A stretch of 32,000 bases of DNA from Aciduliprofundum boonei T469 (GTDB lineage Archaea > Thermoplasmatota > Thermoplasmata > Thermoplasmatales > Aciduliprofundaceae). Position 1 is the first letter of the stretch. Each line of letters opens with the position of its first letter. The stretch lies in assembly GCF_000025665.1 (NCBI RefSeq), contig NC_013926.1, positions 690,001 to 722,000 of the forward strand, given 5' to 3'. The position numbers were made by a program, and so were the translations under genes. The notes under the pieces are model-generated. The model saw only the letters and a list, made by a program, of their open reading frames with translations. It ran no database searches and had not been told where the DNA came from. Positions 9,841 through 20,597 of the stretch are shown piece after piece.

Positions 9841-10779
9841 ATGAATCGAAATATTAGGGCAGTAAAATGGTTCCTTAAAACCTACTTGGATTATGATCGT
9901 CCGGTTTATGGGTCTTTTAAAGTCACGCATCGCTGCAATATGCAGTGTCCATTTTGCAATGTTTGGAATGATAGAACTCCTGAATTGCCCACCAAGGATG
10001 TTTTTAAGATAATAGATCGACTTGCAGAATCTACTGTTACTGTGCTAAGCTTAGAGGGGGGCGAGCCCACACTCCGTAAGGATATATTGGATATAATTAA
10101 ATACGCTCACGACCAATCTTTTTATCTATTTATGACTACCAATGGAACTCTTCTACATAAATTGCCTTTAGAGGAATATGCAAAATATCTTGATTTTCTC
10201 CACATATCCATTGATGAGGGTCATAATAATCTCTATCTATTTGAAGAACTGCACAAATACACTTCAAAGATAAAAATCACTGTGCAAACTGTAGTTACGA
10301 AAAATGATATTGATGCTATGGAATGGAAGGTGAAGAAAGTAAAGGAAGCTGGGGCTAGGATACTTCTAATGCCTGCCGTTGCGTTGCCTGGAGCTTTTAA
10401 TCTGGCTCCCCCAAGAGAGAAAATATACAAGGAATTGAAGAGATTAAAAAATAAGTATGGAAGCACTATCGTAACAAGTGATGCTTTCATAGATAGTTTG
10501 ATTAAAGATTATCGATGTAAATCTTTCTCTGTTATGATAGAATGCAATGGCGATATCATATATCCTTGCAGTGTAATAGGATGGAAAGTAGGAAATCTTC
10601 TGGAAGAGGACTTGGAAAGCATTTTGATGTCCGAGAAGGCAAAGCAAGCTAGGGAGGCCATGTATAAATGCACGAGAAGATGCATGCTCTATTTGCATGC
10701 CGAGACATCAAATTTCAATAACATTTTTAATCTTGGTAAGTATGCTCTAAGCACAATAAGCGGATATATGAGGCGATAG
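9841..10779 (+). CDS. Radical SAM protein (MoaA/PqqE-like core with Cys-containing C-terminal extension)
   Basis: 312 aa. It has the CNMQCPFC (Cx3Cx2C) cluster, the GGEPTL SAM-binding motif and C-terminal cysteines (CNGDIIYPC, CTRRC). TAG stop at 10777-10779. Confidence 0.8.
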   Translation: MNRNIRAVKWFLKTYLDYDRPVYGSFKVTHRCNMQCPFCNVWNDRTPELPTKDVFKIIDRLAESTVTVLSLEGGEPTLRKDILDIIKYAHDQSFYLFMTTNGTLLHKLPLEEYAKYLDFLHISIDEGHNNLYLFEELHKYTSKIKITVQTVVTKNDIDAMEWKVKKVKEAGARILLMPAVALPGAFNLAPPREKIYKELKRLKNKYGSTIVTSDAFIDSLIKDYRCKSFSVMIECNGDIIYPCSVIGWKVGNLLEEDLESILMSEKAKQAREAMYKCTRRCMLYLHAETSNFNNIFNLGKYALSTISGYMRR

Positions 10780-10781
10780 AT

Positions 10782-11786
10782 ATGGTAGTAGGGGATAATA
10801 TTGGCAGGCGGCTATGGAAAGAGATTGAAGCCCATAACAGACTATGTACCGAAGCCCTTGGTGGAGATAAAAGAAGGTTATACAATTTTAGACAAGCAAA
10901 TATTGGATTTGAAGTATGCAGGTGTAGATGAGGTATACCTGCTTGTGGGCTATTTGTGGGAGAAGATAAAGGAAAGGTATGGGGATATGTGGAATGGAGT
11001 TAAGGTAATTATTTAGTGGAAGATGAGCCTAGAGGGACATTGTGGGCTTTAAGAAATGCATTTTCAAAATTGGAAGAGGATGCGGTTGTCAGAAATGGAG
11101 ATGTGGTGGCAGATTTCAATATAAGGGAAATGCTTGAGAGAGCAAGAAAGAATGAGAATGCCTTGCTGACCATAGCAGGTACCAGAATGCGCTCGCCCTA
11201 CGGCATAATAGATTTCAAGGACGATTTAATACTCTCCTTCAGGGAGAAACCCGTATTGGATTACTACATAAATGCAGGGATTTATTACATAAAGAAAGAG
11301 GCCTATGAGTATTTCAATAGGGAGTTTACGGATAAGGCTGTGGAGCGCACGGTATTTCCACTTTTAGCAGAAATGAGGAGGGCATACATATTCCGCGAAG
11401 ACAATGTATTCTGGCAGAGTGTGGACAGTTTGAAGGATTTGGAGAGGGTAAGAGAGGAGTACAAGAACAGGGAAGACAAGCCGTGGGGGTATGAGAAGAT
11501 GATAATATTGACTGATAAGTACATGGTAAAAGAGCTGTACATAAAGAAGGGATATGAGACCTCAATGCACTATCATCCAAGGAAGGATGAGACAATGCAC
11601 ATAATGTATGGGCAGGGATATATAGAAGTGGAGGGCGAGAAAAATGTGGTGCGTAAAAACGATGTTTTCAGGATTCCACCGAATAAGAAGCATAGGATAG
11701 TGGCAGTGGAGAATATGCTTCTCTACGAGTATTCAACTCCTCATCCTGATGACACTGTGCGCTTGGAGGACCCATACAAAAGGTGA
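10782..11786 (+). pseudogene. Sugar-phosphate nucleotidyltransferase fused to cupin/mannose-6-phosphate-isomerase-like domain, disrupted by two 1-nt frameshifts
   Basis: ATG 10782 reads MVVG. After a GGGG run (10791-10794) the conserved [15 protein letters not shown]...LVGY continues in the +1 frame (track ORF 10801..11016). That frame ends ...GVKVII-TAG, and the expected continuation [17 protein letters not shown]...NGDVV... resumes in the original ATG frame (track ORF 11016..11786). The C-terminal cupin reads KPWGYE...MHYHPRKDETMHI...IPPNKKHR. Confidence 0.75.
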
Positions 11787-12524
11787 TTACCAGCCGAAAT
11801 AAAATGGAATGGTAAAATTTCTAACGATCCTGTAGATTTCTCTCTTTAATGTCCAGTAATTTGTATTATCCTTAAGCGATTCTGGGATTTTCATACCTTT
11901 TTTCATTCTAAATTTATCAAAGATCACATAAGAGACTCCGATATCTTCAAGGATTTGCATAAGATCTCTTAAATGTGGCATTATTAAATCCGGAAATATG
12001 GGACCTATGAATGCATAGGTTCTATTGGTTTTTGAAAACTCTCTCAATACCTCCAATCTCTCATCTACTGAAGATGCATATGGCTCAATCTTTCTTCTTT
12101 TTTCATCATCCAGAGTTGTGAGTGTTACTCCTATCTCCGCATCCATATCCTTTATGATATCTTTATCCCTTAAGATGAGGGATGATTTAGTTAGAATCGA
12201 TATTTTTCTCCTATGCTTATTTAGCACTTCTAAACATCTTCTCGTTATTTTGTATTTTTTCTCTGCTGGTTGATAAGCATCGGTGACTGTTCCTATAGTT
12301 ATGAGTCCTTCTTTCTTCTTCAGTTCTTTATTAAGAACAGTTGGAATATTTCTTTTCACATACACCACACTATTCCACTCTTCTAAATTTATATGTAGGA
12401 CATGGGGGGCATAGCAGTATACGCAGCGATGCTCGCATCCAATGTAGGGATTGAGAGCATACAGCGTATTTTCCAATTTTGATTTTGCTAATGCATTTTT
12501 CACATAGATTTCAATATATTTCAA
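11787..12524 (-). CDS. Radical SAM protein, SplB/DNA-repair-photolyase-like (COG1533-like)
   Basis: 245 aa. It has the CEHRCVYC cluster close to the N-terminus (NPYIGCEHRCVYCYA), typical of the SplB-like group. It overlaps the Nre gene by 14 nt on the same strand. Confidence 0.7.
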   Translation of the reverse strand: MKYIEIYVKNALAKSKLENTLYALNPYIGCEHRCVYCYAPHVLHINLEEWNSVVYVKRNIPTVLNKELKKKEGLITIGTVTDAYQPAEKKYKITRRCLEVLNKHRRKISILTKSSLILRDKDIIKDMDAEIGVTLTTLDDEKRRKIEPYASSVDERLEVLREFSKTNRTYAFIGPIFPDLIMPHLRDLMQILEDIGVSYVIFDKFRMKKGMKIPESLKDNTNYWTLKREIYRIVRNFTIPFYFGW

Positions 12525-13761
12525 AATCCTCGAGCCTCCTTTGATGCAAAAATCTTCTCAATAAGGTGGAACCATCAATCCAAGCTTTTTTAGGTATGTT
12601 GAATTGAGATAGGGCGTAGTTTATAGCTTCATTTTCATCCTCAAAGATTCTTGGTGTGCTGCGCATAGCATTTCTCACATTCTCCCTAACATGCCAAACT
12701 CCAACAGGCATGATGTAATCTGGTAAAGCTTCTCTTAGCACTATAACCTCGGCTTGCCTTTTCATATTCACCAATTTCTCACCCACTGCAAGGCGGGCAG
12801 CATAGTAGCAGCCCCCTATTTCTGCATAACCCTTTCTACCTTCATAGAATTCATGGCTTGAGACCATAAATGTCCTCTTTCCGTATGGATTCCAAAGGGT
12901 TCCTGGGTACCAAGCCTCAACAAGCTCATAGCTCCAATTGCGAGGAAGGAGAATCACAACGAATATATTGCCCATCTTATTTGATTTGAATACCATTGGC
13001 TTATCGATTATTGAAAAATCTTTGATTTTCTGCACCAGGGCCTTTGAAATAGTATCATCCACCGCAGTTATGCTCCATCTTGTGGGTACAAGTTTACGAT
13101 GTACACCCATCGTTCCCATGCTAAAAGCTCTCTGAATGAGTGAAACTCTTATGCCATCATTGTACAAATGGAGAATGGAATCTCTTGTAGGCAGTTCATC
13201 GTAATAAATCTTCTCTATTTTCGCATTCACTTTTATGTTATCTGGCACAAATTTCTTAATTTTTCCCGCTGGACCATAGGGCTGAACCTCGCTACCCACT
13301 ACTATTCTCCCTCTTGGAACTTTTTCAAATATTGCTTCAGAATCAACATGCTTATCTGCCATACTCATCTCTTGAAGAGTGAGCAAGTAATAATCTGGCT
13401 CTTGAGCATCTTCAATTCTAACCCTCTTCATTCCCCTAACTAATGAGGTGCGCATATCTACAAAAGTATCTATGCTCATATCGAGCCAGTTTTCTTGCAT
13501 GTCCATATACTCAGTATTCCCTTTGAAGGGAGGTATGAGAGGTCCTACATTGACCTTCGGATATCCATATCTTCCAACGAATACACCTGGAGGCTAGGAG
13601 CCATCCAAGTTTATACTTAATTTTCCTTTGGTTTTTAGCATGGAGTAATACCGGACCAATAGGGGGCATTTACTCTTGCCGCAGAGCATTTTTGTGCCCT
13701 TACATATTGCGCATATACCATTCTTTGCAAGTTGCTCAACTAAGTTCTCCCTCTTTCTCAC
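12511..13761 (-). pseudogene. Nre-family archaeal DNA-repair protein (DUF650/DUF651-type) interrupted by an in-frame TAG at 13594-13596
   Basis: The track ORF 12511..13506 is the C-terminal 331 aa. Hand translation upstream in the same frame gives GTG 13761: (M)RKRENLVEQLAKNGICAICKGTKMLCGKSKCPLLVRYYSMLKTKGKLSINLDGS-TAG-PPGVFVGRYGYPKVNVGPLIPPFKGNTEY-MDMQENW. This is the Nre N-terminal Cys4 ribbon followed by the conserved PP.VFVGR.GYP.V segment. The reconstructed length of 416 codons fits the family. Confidence 0.75.
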
Positions 13762-13785
13762 ATTTATAAAATTGTCTGGGCAAAT

Positions 13786-14874
13786 TTAAATCTTTTGAGA
13801 AGCAAGGTAGTTTAAAAGATGTATTGTTTCGGGGGTTAAAGGTATATCTTTATCCTTTGTCAACTCTCCTCTAGCCAGAAGACACAGAAGGCGAGTATTT
13901 CCGTTGGTGAGTTGATATATCCTTTTAAAAGCATCCTCTCTCACATGGGGTAATAATTTTCTAGCTTCCTCCATGGGGAGAGGCTCTAAATTTATCTCCA
14001 TAACAGCACCTCTTTCTACATCTCGCATGGAATAAAAGCGATTGTAGAAGGGTGTAGATGAAGGCATGGTTACGATTATCTTGCTCTTCCCTATATTTTC
14101 AACAGTTAGGGATTTCATTGCATCTACAAAATCATCATCCACCATGTAATAATTGTCAAAAATCAGTAGTGTGGGGCTCTCTCTCAAAATTTCTAAAATT
14201 TCTCTCCTTTCAAAGAGATTTTCAATTACCTCTTTGATTGAACCCCATTTCCTTCCCTCGTATATATTGAACCATACCAAGTTCGAGGATATTTTCTCCA
14301 TGCTTATAAATTCAAGAACTAATGCGGTTTTTCCTATTCCTCTTGGCCCTATTATTGCTAGTATTTTTCCTTTGGTATACCATTTTTCCATTGCTTTTAA
14401 TTCTTTTTCTCTGTCTATAAATACTTCCCTCTCAATTGCAACTTCCTTGAATACTACCCTCTTTCCCATCATAATCTCTATTTTTTCCCCTCTCTCAATT
14501 GCTCTCAGAATTTCAATTAAAGATTTTCCCGTGGTCTTCTGGATCTCACCTATCTTCACATATTTCTCATTTATCTTTATCTCCTTATTTTCAATTTTTT
14601 GTACCAATTCCTTTGCCTTCATTATACCTGCGGAAGTGAGTAAATAAATGGTGACTCTCTTCTTTTTTCCTTGCACATGCCCTTTTTTTATCTCTACAAA
14701 TCCTTCCTCCTCCAATTTTTTCATATTTCTTGGCACATGGGTCACAGATATTCCTATGCTCTTAGCGATACCCTGCTGTGTCATATCGAAGGGATAGTCA
14801 TATCTATCGTTATATTTCCTGAAATGATAAAGATGAATCAGTATCTTCTCTGGTATGGTAAGCTTCATAGGCAT
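13786..14874 (-). CDS. Archaeal ATPase with N-terminal winged-helix DNA-binding domain
   Basis: 362 aa. It has an N-terminal wHTH (MTQQGIAKSIGISVTHVPRNMKKLEEEGFVEI), Walker A (IIGPRGIGKTAL) and a Walker B-like LLIFDNYY. An ATTTTAAAAA TATA-like box lies about 22 nt upstream of the ATG. Confidence 0.7.
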   Translation of the reverse strand: MPMKLTIPEKILIHLYHFRKYNDRYDYPFDMTQQGIAKSIGISVTHVPRNMKKLEEEGFVEIKKGHVQGKKKRVTIYLLTSAGIMKAKELVQKIENKEIKINEKYVKIGEIQKTTGKSLIEILRAIERGEKIEIMMGKRVVFKEVAIEREVFIDREKELKAMEKWYTKGKILAIIGPRGIGKTALVLEFISMEKISSNLVWFNIYEGRKWGSIKEVIENLFERREILEILRESPTLLIFDNYYMVDDDFVDAMKSLTVENIGKSKIIVTMPSSTPFYNRFYSMRDVERGAVMEINLEPLPMEEARKLLPHVREDAFKRIYQLTNGNTRLLCLLARGELTKDKDIPLTPETIHLLNYLASQKI

Positions 14875-14922
14875 TGTATAGTGATTATACTCATCCTTTT
14901 TAAAATTGCCCCTCAGAAAAGA

Positions 14923-14930
14923 TTATAAAT
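14923..14930 (+). promoter_or_regulatory. TATA box for tRNA-Val
   Basis: TTATAAAT ends 22 nt upstream of the mature tRNA 5' end, which is the usual archaeal spacing. Confidence 0.55.
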
Positions 14931-14951
14931 GCCTTGTATATTGCCGTATTA

Positions 14952-15062
<111 letters not shown>

Positions 15063-15211
15063 AAAGAAGTTTTATGGTTGTGGGAGGGTAAAAAGCTTGT
15101 TATAATTTTTCAATCAAAGAACCTTCAAGAAGGCTTAGCCGTAGGTGCTATACTCATTTGTGAAAGGGAGGGGTGTAGAGAGGGGAACCGTAGGTGCCCC
15201 TTCGTGGAGAA

Positions 15212-15220
15212 GTATTTAAA
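15212..15220 (+). promoter_or_regulatory. TATA box for top6B
   Basis: TATTTAAAT ends 31 nt upstream of ATG 15252, which implies a very short leader. Confidence 0.5.
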
Positions 15221-15251
15221 TGAGTATGCCTTATTAGAAACGGGATGCGCT

Positions 15252-17195
15252 ATGGGTATTGCACACAGGATGGCAAAGAAGCAGAGGGAGATTAGCGTAG
15301 CAGAATTCTTTGAAAAGAACAAGCAGATTTTGGGTTTTGATTCCTTAACTAAAGCTTTAGTTGTGAGTGTAAAAGAGGCTGTTGATAATTCCTTAGATGC
15401 ATGCGAAGAGGCTGAAATTTTGCCAGATATTTATGTTGAGATTCAAAATGTCAGTAAGGATGAGTATAAGATAATTGTGGAGGATAATGGTCCCGGCATA
15501 ATTCGCCGCAATATTCCCCTTGTTTTTGGTAAGCTGCTCTATGGTTCAAGGTTCCATGCTATAAGACAGAGCAGGGGGCAGCAGGGCATAGGCATAAGTG
15601 CCGTAGTGCTGTATGGGCAGCTCACCACAGGCAAGCCCACAAGAGTAATATCCAAGATAAAAGAAGAAGAGGTGGCGTATGAGGTTTTGCTCACAATTGA
15701 TACGAAGAAAAATGAGCCAAGGGTGATAAAGGAAATTCCAAAAATATGGGATAGAGAGCAAGGAACGAGAATTGAAATAAGTATTCGAGCCAGATATGTG
15801 AGGGGTAAGCAGAGTGTTTATGAATATCTGCAACAAACGGCTATTGTAAACCCACATGCTCAAATAACATTTGTAGAGCCGGATGGTAAGAAAACGATAT
15901 TTAAAAGGGCCACAGATAAGCTTCCCCCACCAACAAGGGAGATAAAACCGCACCCTCATGGTATAGAACTGGGTGAACTTTTGAATATGGCAAGAAATAC
16001 AAAGACCTATCGACTCACATCGTTTCTCACAAATGAATTCTCAAGGGTTAGCCCCAAGATTACTGAGGAGATTTGCAAAAAAGCATATTTATATGGGGAT
16101 ATGCGCCCTCAAGAACTGAGTATTGAAGAGGCAAAGAGATTGCTTGAAGCTTTCAAAAAAGTGAAACTAATGGCTCCACCAACGGATTGCCTCTCTCCCA
16201 TAGGAGAAACTTTAATAAAGAAAGGCCTGAAAAATGTGCTTGGCTCTCTGCGTCCAAGTTTCTATGCCCAGCCTGTAACACGTACTCCAAAAGTTTACAG
16301 TGGTAACCCATTTGTGGTTGAGGTAGGATTGGTTTATGGGGGTGAATTGCCAAAAGACCAACCTGTCAGAATTTTAAGATTCGCCAATCGAGTGCCGCTA
16401 CTTTATCAGCAGGGAGCATGCGTAACAACAAAGGCAATTAGCAGTGTGGACTGGCGCCGTTATGGTTTAGAGCAGCGTGGAGGACAAGGTATACCAGTTG
16501 GTCCTGCCATAATCCTTGTGCATGTGGCCTCTACCCGCGTACCATTCACCTCAGAGGCAAAGGAGGCAATAGCGGATGTACCTGAGATTAGAGAGGAGAT
16601 AGAGCTTGCCTTAAAATCATTGGGTAGACAGCTCAGACTTTACAATGTAAAGAAGGAGCGCAAAAGTAAGATGACTGAGAAGTTTTTCCTTGTAAACAAG
16701 CTTCTTCCCGAGATAGCAAGAAAGAGTGCAGAGATTGTGGAAAAGCCCATACCTCCATTGGAGCCAGTTATATCGAAGATTATGAATGTAGTATGGATTG
16801 ATGAGAGTGTAGAAAAAGAAGAGGATAAAATAAAGGTTAATGTGCGTGTTGCAAATTTCACATCTAAGCATCAAAAATTTGTGCTTTACGGGGACTACCC
16901 ATTGGGTAATTTAATTGATACAGATGGTATTGCAGAGGAAGATTATGTTAAATGGGATGTTGATATTGAGCCCGTATCTTACAGGCATTTTTATTTCACT
17001 CTTAAAGATGCTGATAAGTATGGAGAGACAAATTATTATGTGGAAGGTATAAGTCCTAATATCGTTATAGGTGCTGAGCCCTTGCCAGGAGATTGGAACA
17101 TAAAGCTCAGCGAGATTGAAGAGATAGTAGAGGATGAGGATATGGAAAATGGTGAAGATGTGGAAGAGGAGTTTGAGGTGATTGATGATGAGTAG
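15252..17195 (+). CDS. top6B: DNA topoisomerase VI subunit B
   Basis: The N-terminus has the conserved [21 protein letters not shown] and a GHKL ATPase Bergerat fold ([24 protein letters not shown]). A transducer domain follows. The C-terminal domain is extended and ends in a strongly acidic tail. The ORF is open from TTG 15078, but the TATA position and homology favour ATG 15252 (or 15270). Confidence 0.93.
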   Translation: MGIAHRMAKKQREISVAEFFEKNKQILGFDSLTKALVVSVKEAVDNSLDACEEAEILPDIYVEIQNVSKDEYKIIVEDNGPGIIRRNIPLVFGKLLYGSRFHAIRQSRGQQGIGISAVVLYGQLTTGKPTRVISKIKEEEVAYEVLLTIDTKKNEPRVIKEIPKIWDREQGTRIEISIRARYVRGKQSVYEYLQQTAIVNPHAQITFVEPDGKKTIFKRATDKLPPPTREIKPHPHGIELGELLNMARNTKTYRLTSFLTNEFSRVSPKITEEICKKAYLYGDMRPQELSIEEAKRLLEAFKKVKLMAPPTDCLSPIGETLIKKGLKNVLGSLRPSFYAQPVTRTPKVYSGNPFVVEVGLVYGGELPKDQPVRILRFANRVPLLYQQGACVTTKAISSVDWRRYGLEQRGGQGIPVGPAIILVHVASTRVPFTSEAKEAIADVPEIREEIELALKSLGRQLRLYNVKKERKSKMTEKFFLVNKLLPEIARKSAEIVEKPIPPLEPVISKIMNVVWIDESVEKEEDKIKVNVRVANFTSKHQKFVLYGDYPLGNLIDTDGIAEEDYVKWDVDIEPVSYRHFYFTLKDADKYGETNYYVEGISPNIVIGAEPLPGDWNIKLSEIEEIVEDEDMENGEDVEEEFEVIDDE

Positions 17196-18276
17196 CGAGG
17201 AATCATTAAAGAGACTATATCAAATTGCAGAGGACATCTATGAAGATTTAGTTAGAGGAGAGATTCCAAAGATGAAACTCGCAGCAAGGAATAGAAGCAA
17301 TATCGTATTCAACACTCGCTATGGAGTTTGGAAATATGGAGATTCTAAGATAACAAGGAGCGCGAAGAAATTAGATGGCGCTTATATGCTTCTTCGCACC
17401 CTGTATGTTATGGAATTCATAAAGGAAATGATAAGGGATAAAAAATCTTCCACGCTTAGAGAAATGTATTATATCTCTGAGGGTTGGGGCCTTGCAAAAT
17501 TTCATACACAGGATGAGAGCAACAAACTTGCCGAAGACTTAGAAGTTATAACAGGATATCTGCGCGAGGATTTTAAGCTCCGGCCGGAGGAAGATGGAGC
17601 AAGTGTTATCGGAAATATAACGGTGGAGGAGATAAATCGCAAAGGCAAGCCAATGCGCATAAATTGTAGAGACGATGTTGGTGATAGTGGGTATTTAATA
17701 CCTTATAATGTGGAGAAAGAGAAGTTGAAATTTGTGGATGTGGATGCAGATTTTGTTATAGGCATTGAAACAGGTGGTATGTTTGATCGTCTCGTGGAAA
17801 ATGGATTTGACGAGAAAGCCCGGGCAATTTTAGTGCATATAAAGGGTCAGCCTGCAAGAAGCACGAGGAGATTACTAAAGAGAATGAACGAGGAACTGGG
17901 ATTGCCAGTAGTAATATTCACCGATGGAGATCCATGGTCATTTAGAATATTCGCATCTATAGCCTATGGGGCCATAAAGACGGCTCATATAAGCGAGTAC
18001 CTTGCAACACCTACAGCCGAGTTTGTTGGTATAACTGCCAGTGATATTTTAAATTACGATTTACCAACAGATAAGCTGAATGATAGGGATATTGCAGCAT
18101 TGCAATCGGAACTCAAAGATCCTCGTTTTCAAACACCGTTTTGGACCGAAGAGATAAAATTGATGCTAAAAATAAAGAAGAAAGCAGAGCAACAGAGCTT
18201 GGCCAAATATGGACTGGATTATGTGACAGACACCTATCTACCTGAGAAGCTCACAGAGCTAGGGGTTATGTCTTAA
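17182..18276 (+). CDS. top6A: DNA topoisomerase VI subunit A (Spo11-like)
   Basis: 364 aa. It has a CAP/5Y-CAP region (LREMYYIS), a Toprim domain ([20 protein letters not shown]) and a 14-nt overlap with top6B. Confidence 0.93.
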   Translation: MMMSSEESLKRLYQIAEDIYEDLVRGEIPKMKLAARNRSNIVFNTRYGVWKYGDSKITRSAKKLDGAYMLLRTLYVMEFIKEMIRDKKSSTLREMYYISEGWGLAKFHTQDESNKLAEDLEVITGYLREDFKLRPEEDGASVIGNITVEEINRKGKPMRINCRDDVGDSGYLIPYNVEKEKLKFVDVDADFVIGIETGGMFDRLVENGFDEKARAILVHIKGQPARSTRRLLKRMNEELGLPVVIFTDGDPWSFRIFASIAYGAIKTAHISEYLATPTAEFVGITASDILNYDLPTDKLNDRDIAALQSELKDPRFQTPFWTEEIKLMLKIKKKAEQQSLAKYGLDYVTDTYLPEKLTELGVMS

Positions 18277-18555
18277 TTTTTTAATTCTCCTTTTTATGTC
18301 CTTCTCTGTATATTGCACTCTCACTTTTTGCTCATCTACAACCTTGTCTATATTCTTTTTTAATACATCTGTGAACAGGGAGATTATATCAGAATTATCT
18401 CCTTCAAACTTTATAGCTGAATATATTTCATCATTTTTAACAAGGGAGAGAACTGCGATGCCTTTATGCCCTCTAACATCATAGGTATCAATTACAATTT
18501 TTCCATCCCAACCCCTAATAATCCTTCGCAAATCTTCTATGTTGTCCACCTTCAT
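18259..18555 (-). CDS. Hypothetical protein, 98 aa, basic C-terminus
   Basis: The ORF has AT-rich TATA-like sequence upstream and an 18-nt convergent overlap with top6A. I recognise no family motif. The [11 protein letters not shown] tail is strongly basic. Confidence 0.45.
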   Translation of the reverse strand: MKVDNIEDLRRIIRGWDGKIVIDTYDVRGHKGIAVLSLVKNDEIYSAIKFEGDNSDIISLFTDVLKKNIDKVVDEQKVRVQYTEKDIKRRIKKLRHNP

Positions 18556-18593
18556 TTTAGGTTATAAATGATATAAAAGAATATAAATTTTTC

Positions 18594-19022
18594 TTAGCTA
18601 ATATCCCTCAATCTCTTGACAAGCTTGATAGCGGCTTCCACAGCATCTCTTGCTTTCTCTATGCGTGCTTCAGCCTGTAATCTTGATTCTCCTGGCCCTG
18701 ATATGCCCAGTGTTACAGGTTTTCCGAATTCTACGCTCAGATCCTCAATCTTTCTAGCTGCATTTTGCATAACAATCTCATCATGCTCCGTCTCACCTTC
18801 AATAACTGCACCAAGGGTTACAACTGCATCTACATCCTTCTTCTCCAGTAATTTTCTTACGAGAAGCGGTATGTCAAATGTACCTGGAGCTTTTAGCACA
18901 TACTTTACATCTGCACCTAAAAACTCCGCATGCTCTTTAGCACGCTCAAGCATCATCATAGTTATATCGTAGTTGTACTCGCTAACGACTATTCCCAAAT
19001 TTATCTTTTCCATATCATTCAC
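18594..19022 (-). CDS. ribH: 6,7-dimethyl-8-ribityllumazine synthase
   Basis: 142 aa. Features are [12 protein letters not shown], the [12 protein letters not shown] loop and archaeal-size RibH. It is the last gene of the flavin operon. Confidence 0.9.
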   Translation of the reverse strand: MNDMEKINLGIVVSEYNYDITMMMLERAKEHAEFLGADVKYVLKAPGTFDIPLLVRKLLEKKDVDAVVTLGAVIEGETEHDEIVMQNAARKIEDLSVEFGKPVTLGISGPGESRLQAEARIEKARDAVEAAIKLVKRLRDIS

Positions 19023-19025
19023 CTC

Positions 19026-19925
<900 letters not shown>

Positions 19926-19947
<22 letters not shown>

Positions 19948-20597
19948 GCATCCAAAATATCTTTTCCCTCTAAAAATATTATTCCCTGCTCATCTGCAAA
20001 CTTCATTGCATCTTCTTTACTCATCGAATTTCCATCTTTTGCAAGAATTTCTACAATGGTAGCCGAGGGAATGAGCCCTGCCATACTCACAATGGCTGTG
20101 GATAATTCCGTATGACCTCGCCTCTTTTCCAATCCTGAGGATATGAGGAGATGCACATGTCCCGGGGATATGAACTCTTCTCCAAATTCCTTCATTGGCT
20201 TTTCTATTTTTTCAATTTTATTTAAGAATTCTGCAAATTCTTTTATCGTTTTTGCCCGATCCTTGTCAGGTATGCCTGTAAAATTGTCCCTGTGATTTAT
20301 CGTGATGGAGAAGGAGGGCATAGTGTCGTATCTGACCTTTGGAGTCAAGTACTTGAATATTGGATATCCGCTCCTTTGAAATATCTCATGCAGGTACGGT
20401 AAGCCGATTTTATCCGCATAATTCTTTGGAAGGGTAGTGCATATGAGTCCTCCACCTTCCCTGCGCATAAATCTTATTTTCTCAGGAGTTATAAACTGAG
20501 AGGCGATGACTATATCCGTCTCCTCCTCTCTTCCCTCACCGTCAAATATGAATATGAAATCTCCACGCTTAAGTGCCTCTATAGCCTCTTCAATCAC
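19926..20597 (-). CDS. ribB: 3,4-dihydroxy-2-butanone-4-phosphate synthase
   Basis: Archaeal RibB motifs are present: IEEAIEALKRGDFIFIFDGEGREEETDIVIASQFITPEKIRFMRREGGGLICT and SITINHRDNFTGI..DRA. The ORF stays open to a TTG at 20687. The homologous core begins at GVIEEAIEAL, so GTG 20597 is my preferred start, but the start remains uncertain. Confidence 0.88.

Noticed and set aside
10801-11016. 71-aa ORF treated as an independent small gene
   Set aside because: It encodes only the first part of a nucleotidyltransferase Rossmann fold and ends mid-domain. The continuation lies in the adjacent ORF in another frame, so it is a fragment of a frameshifted gene.
13594-13596. In-frame TAG in nre as pyrrolysine or genome-wide stop-codon reassignment
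   Set aside because: TAG terminates at least five well-defined genes in this window at their expected ends. No pyl genes are visible here. This cannot be fully excluded without the whole genome.
14153-14647. 164-aa ORF antisense to the wHTH-ATPase gene
   Set aside because: It is a shadow ORF with S/I/F-rich low complexity and lies wholly within a better-supported gene.
15131-15170. Possible tRNA remnant or att-site scar (GGCTTAGCCGTAGGTGC resembles the D-arm of the CAU tRNA, followed by a CTCAT-containing stretch)
   Set aside because: Only about 8 contiguous nt match. No anticodon stem, T-arm or acceptor stem can be folded, and no integrase or foreign gene block lies nearby.
15078-15251. 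58-codon N-terminal extension of top6B from a TTG
   Set aside because: The conserved Top6B N-terminus ([15 protein letters not shown]) begins after Met 15252/15270. A TATA box at 15212-15220 lies inside the extension. This is not fully excluded without orthologue comparison.
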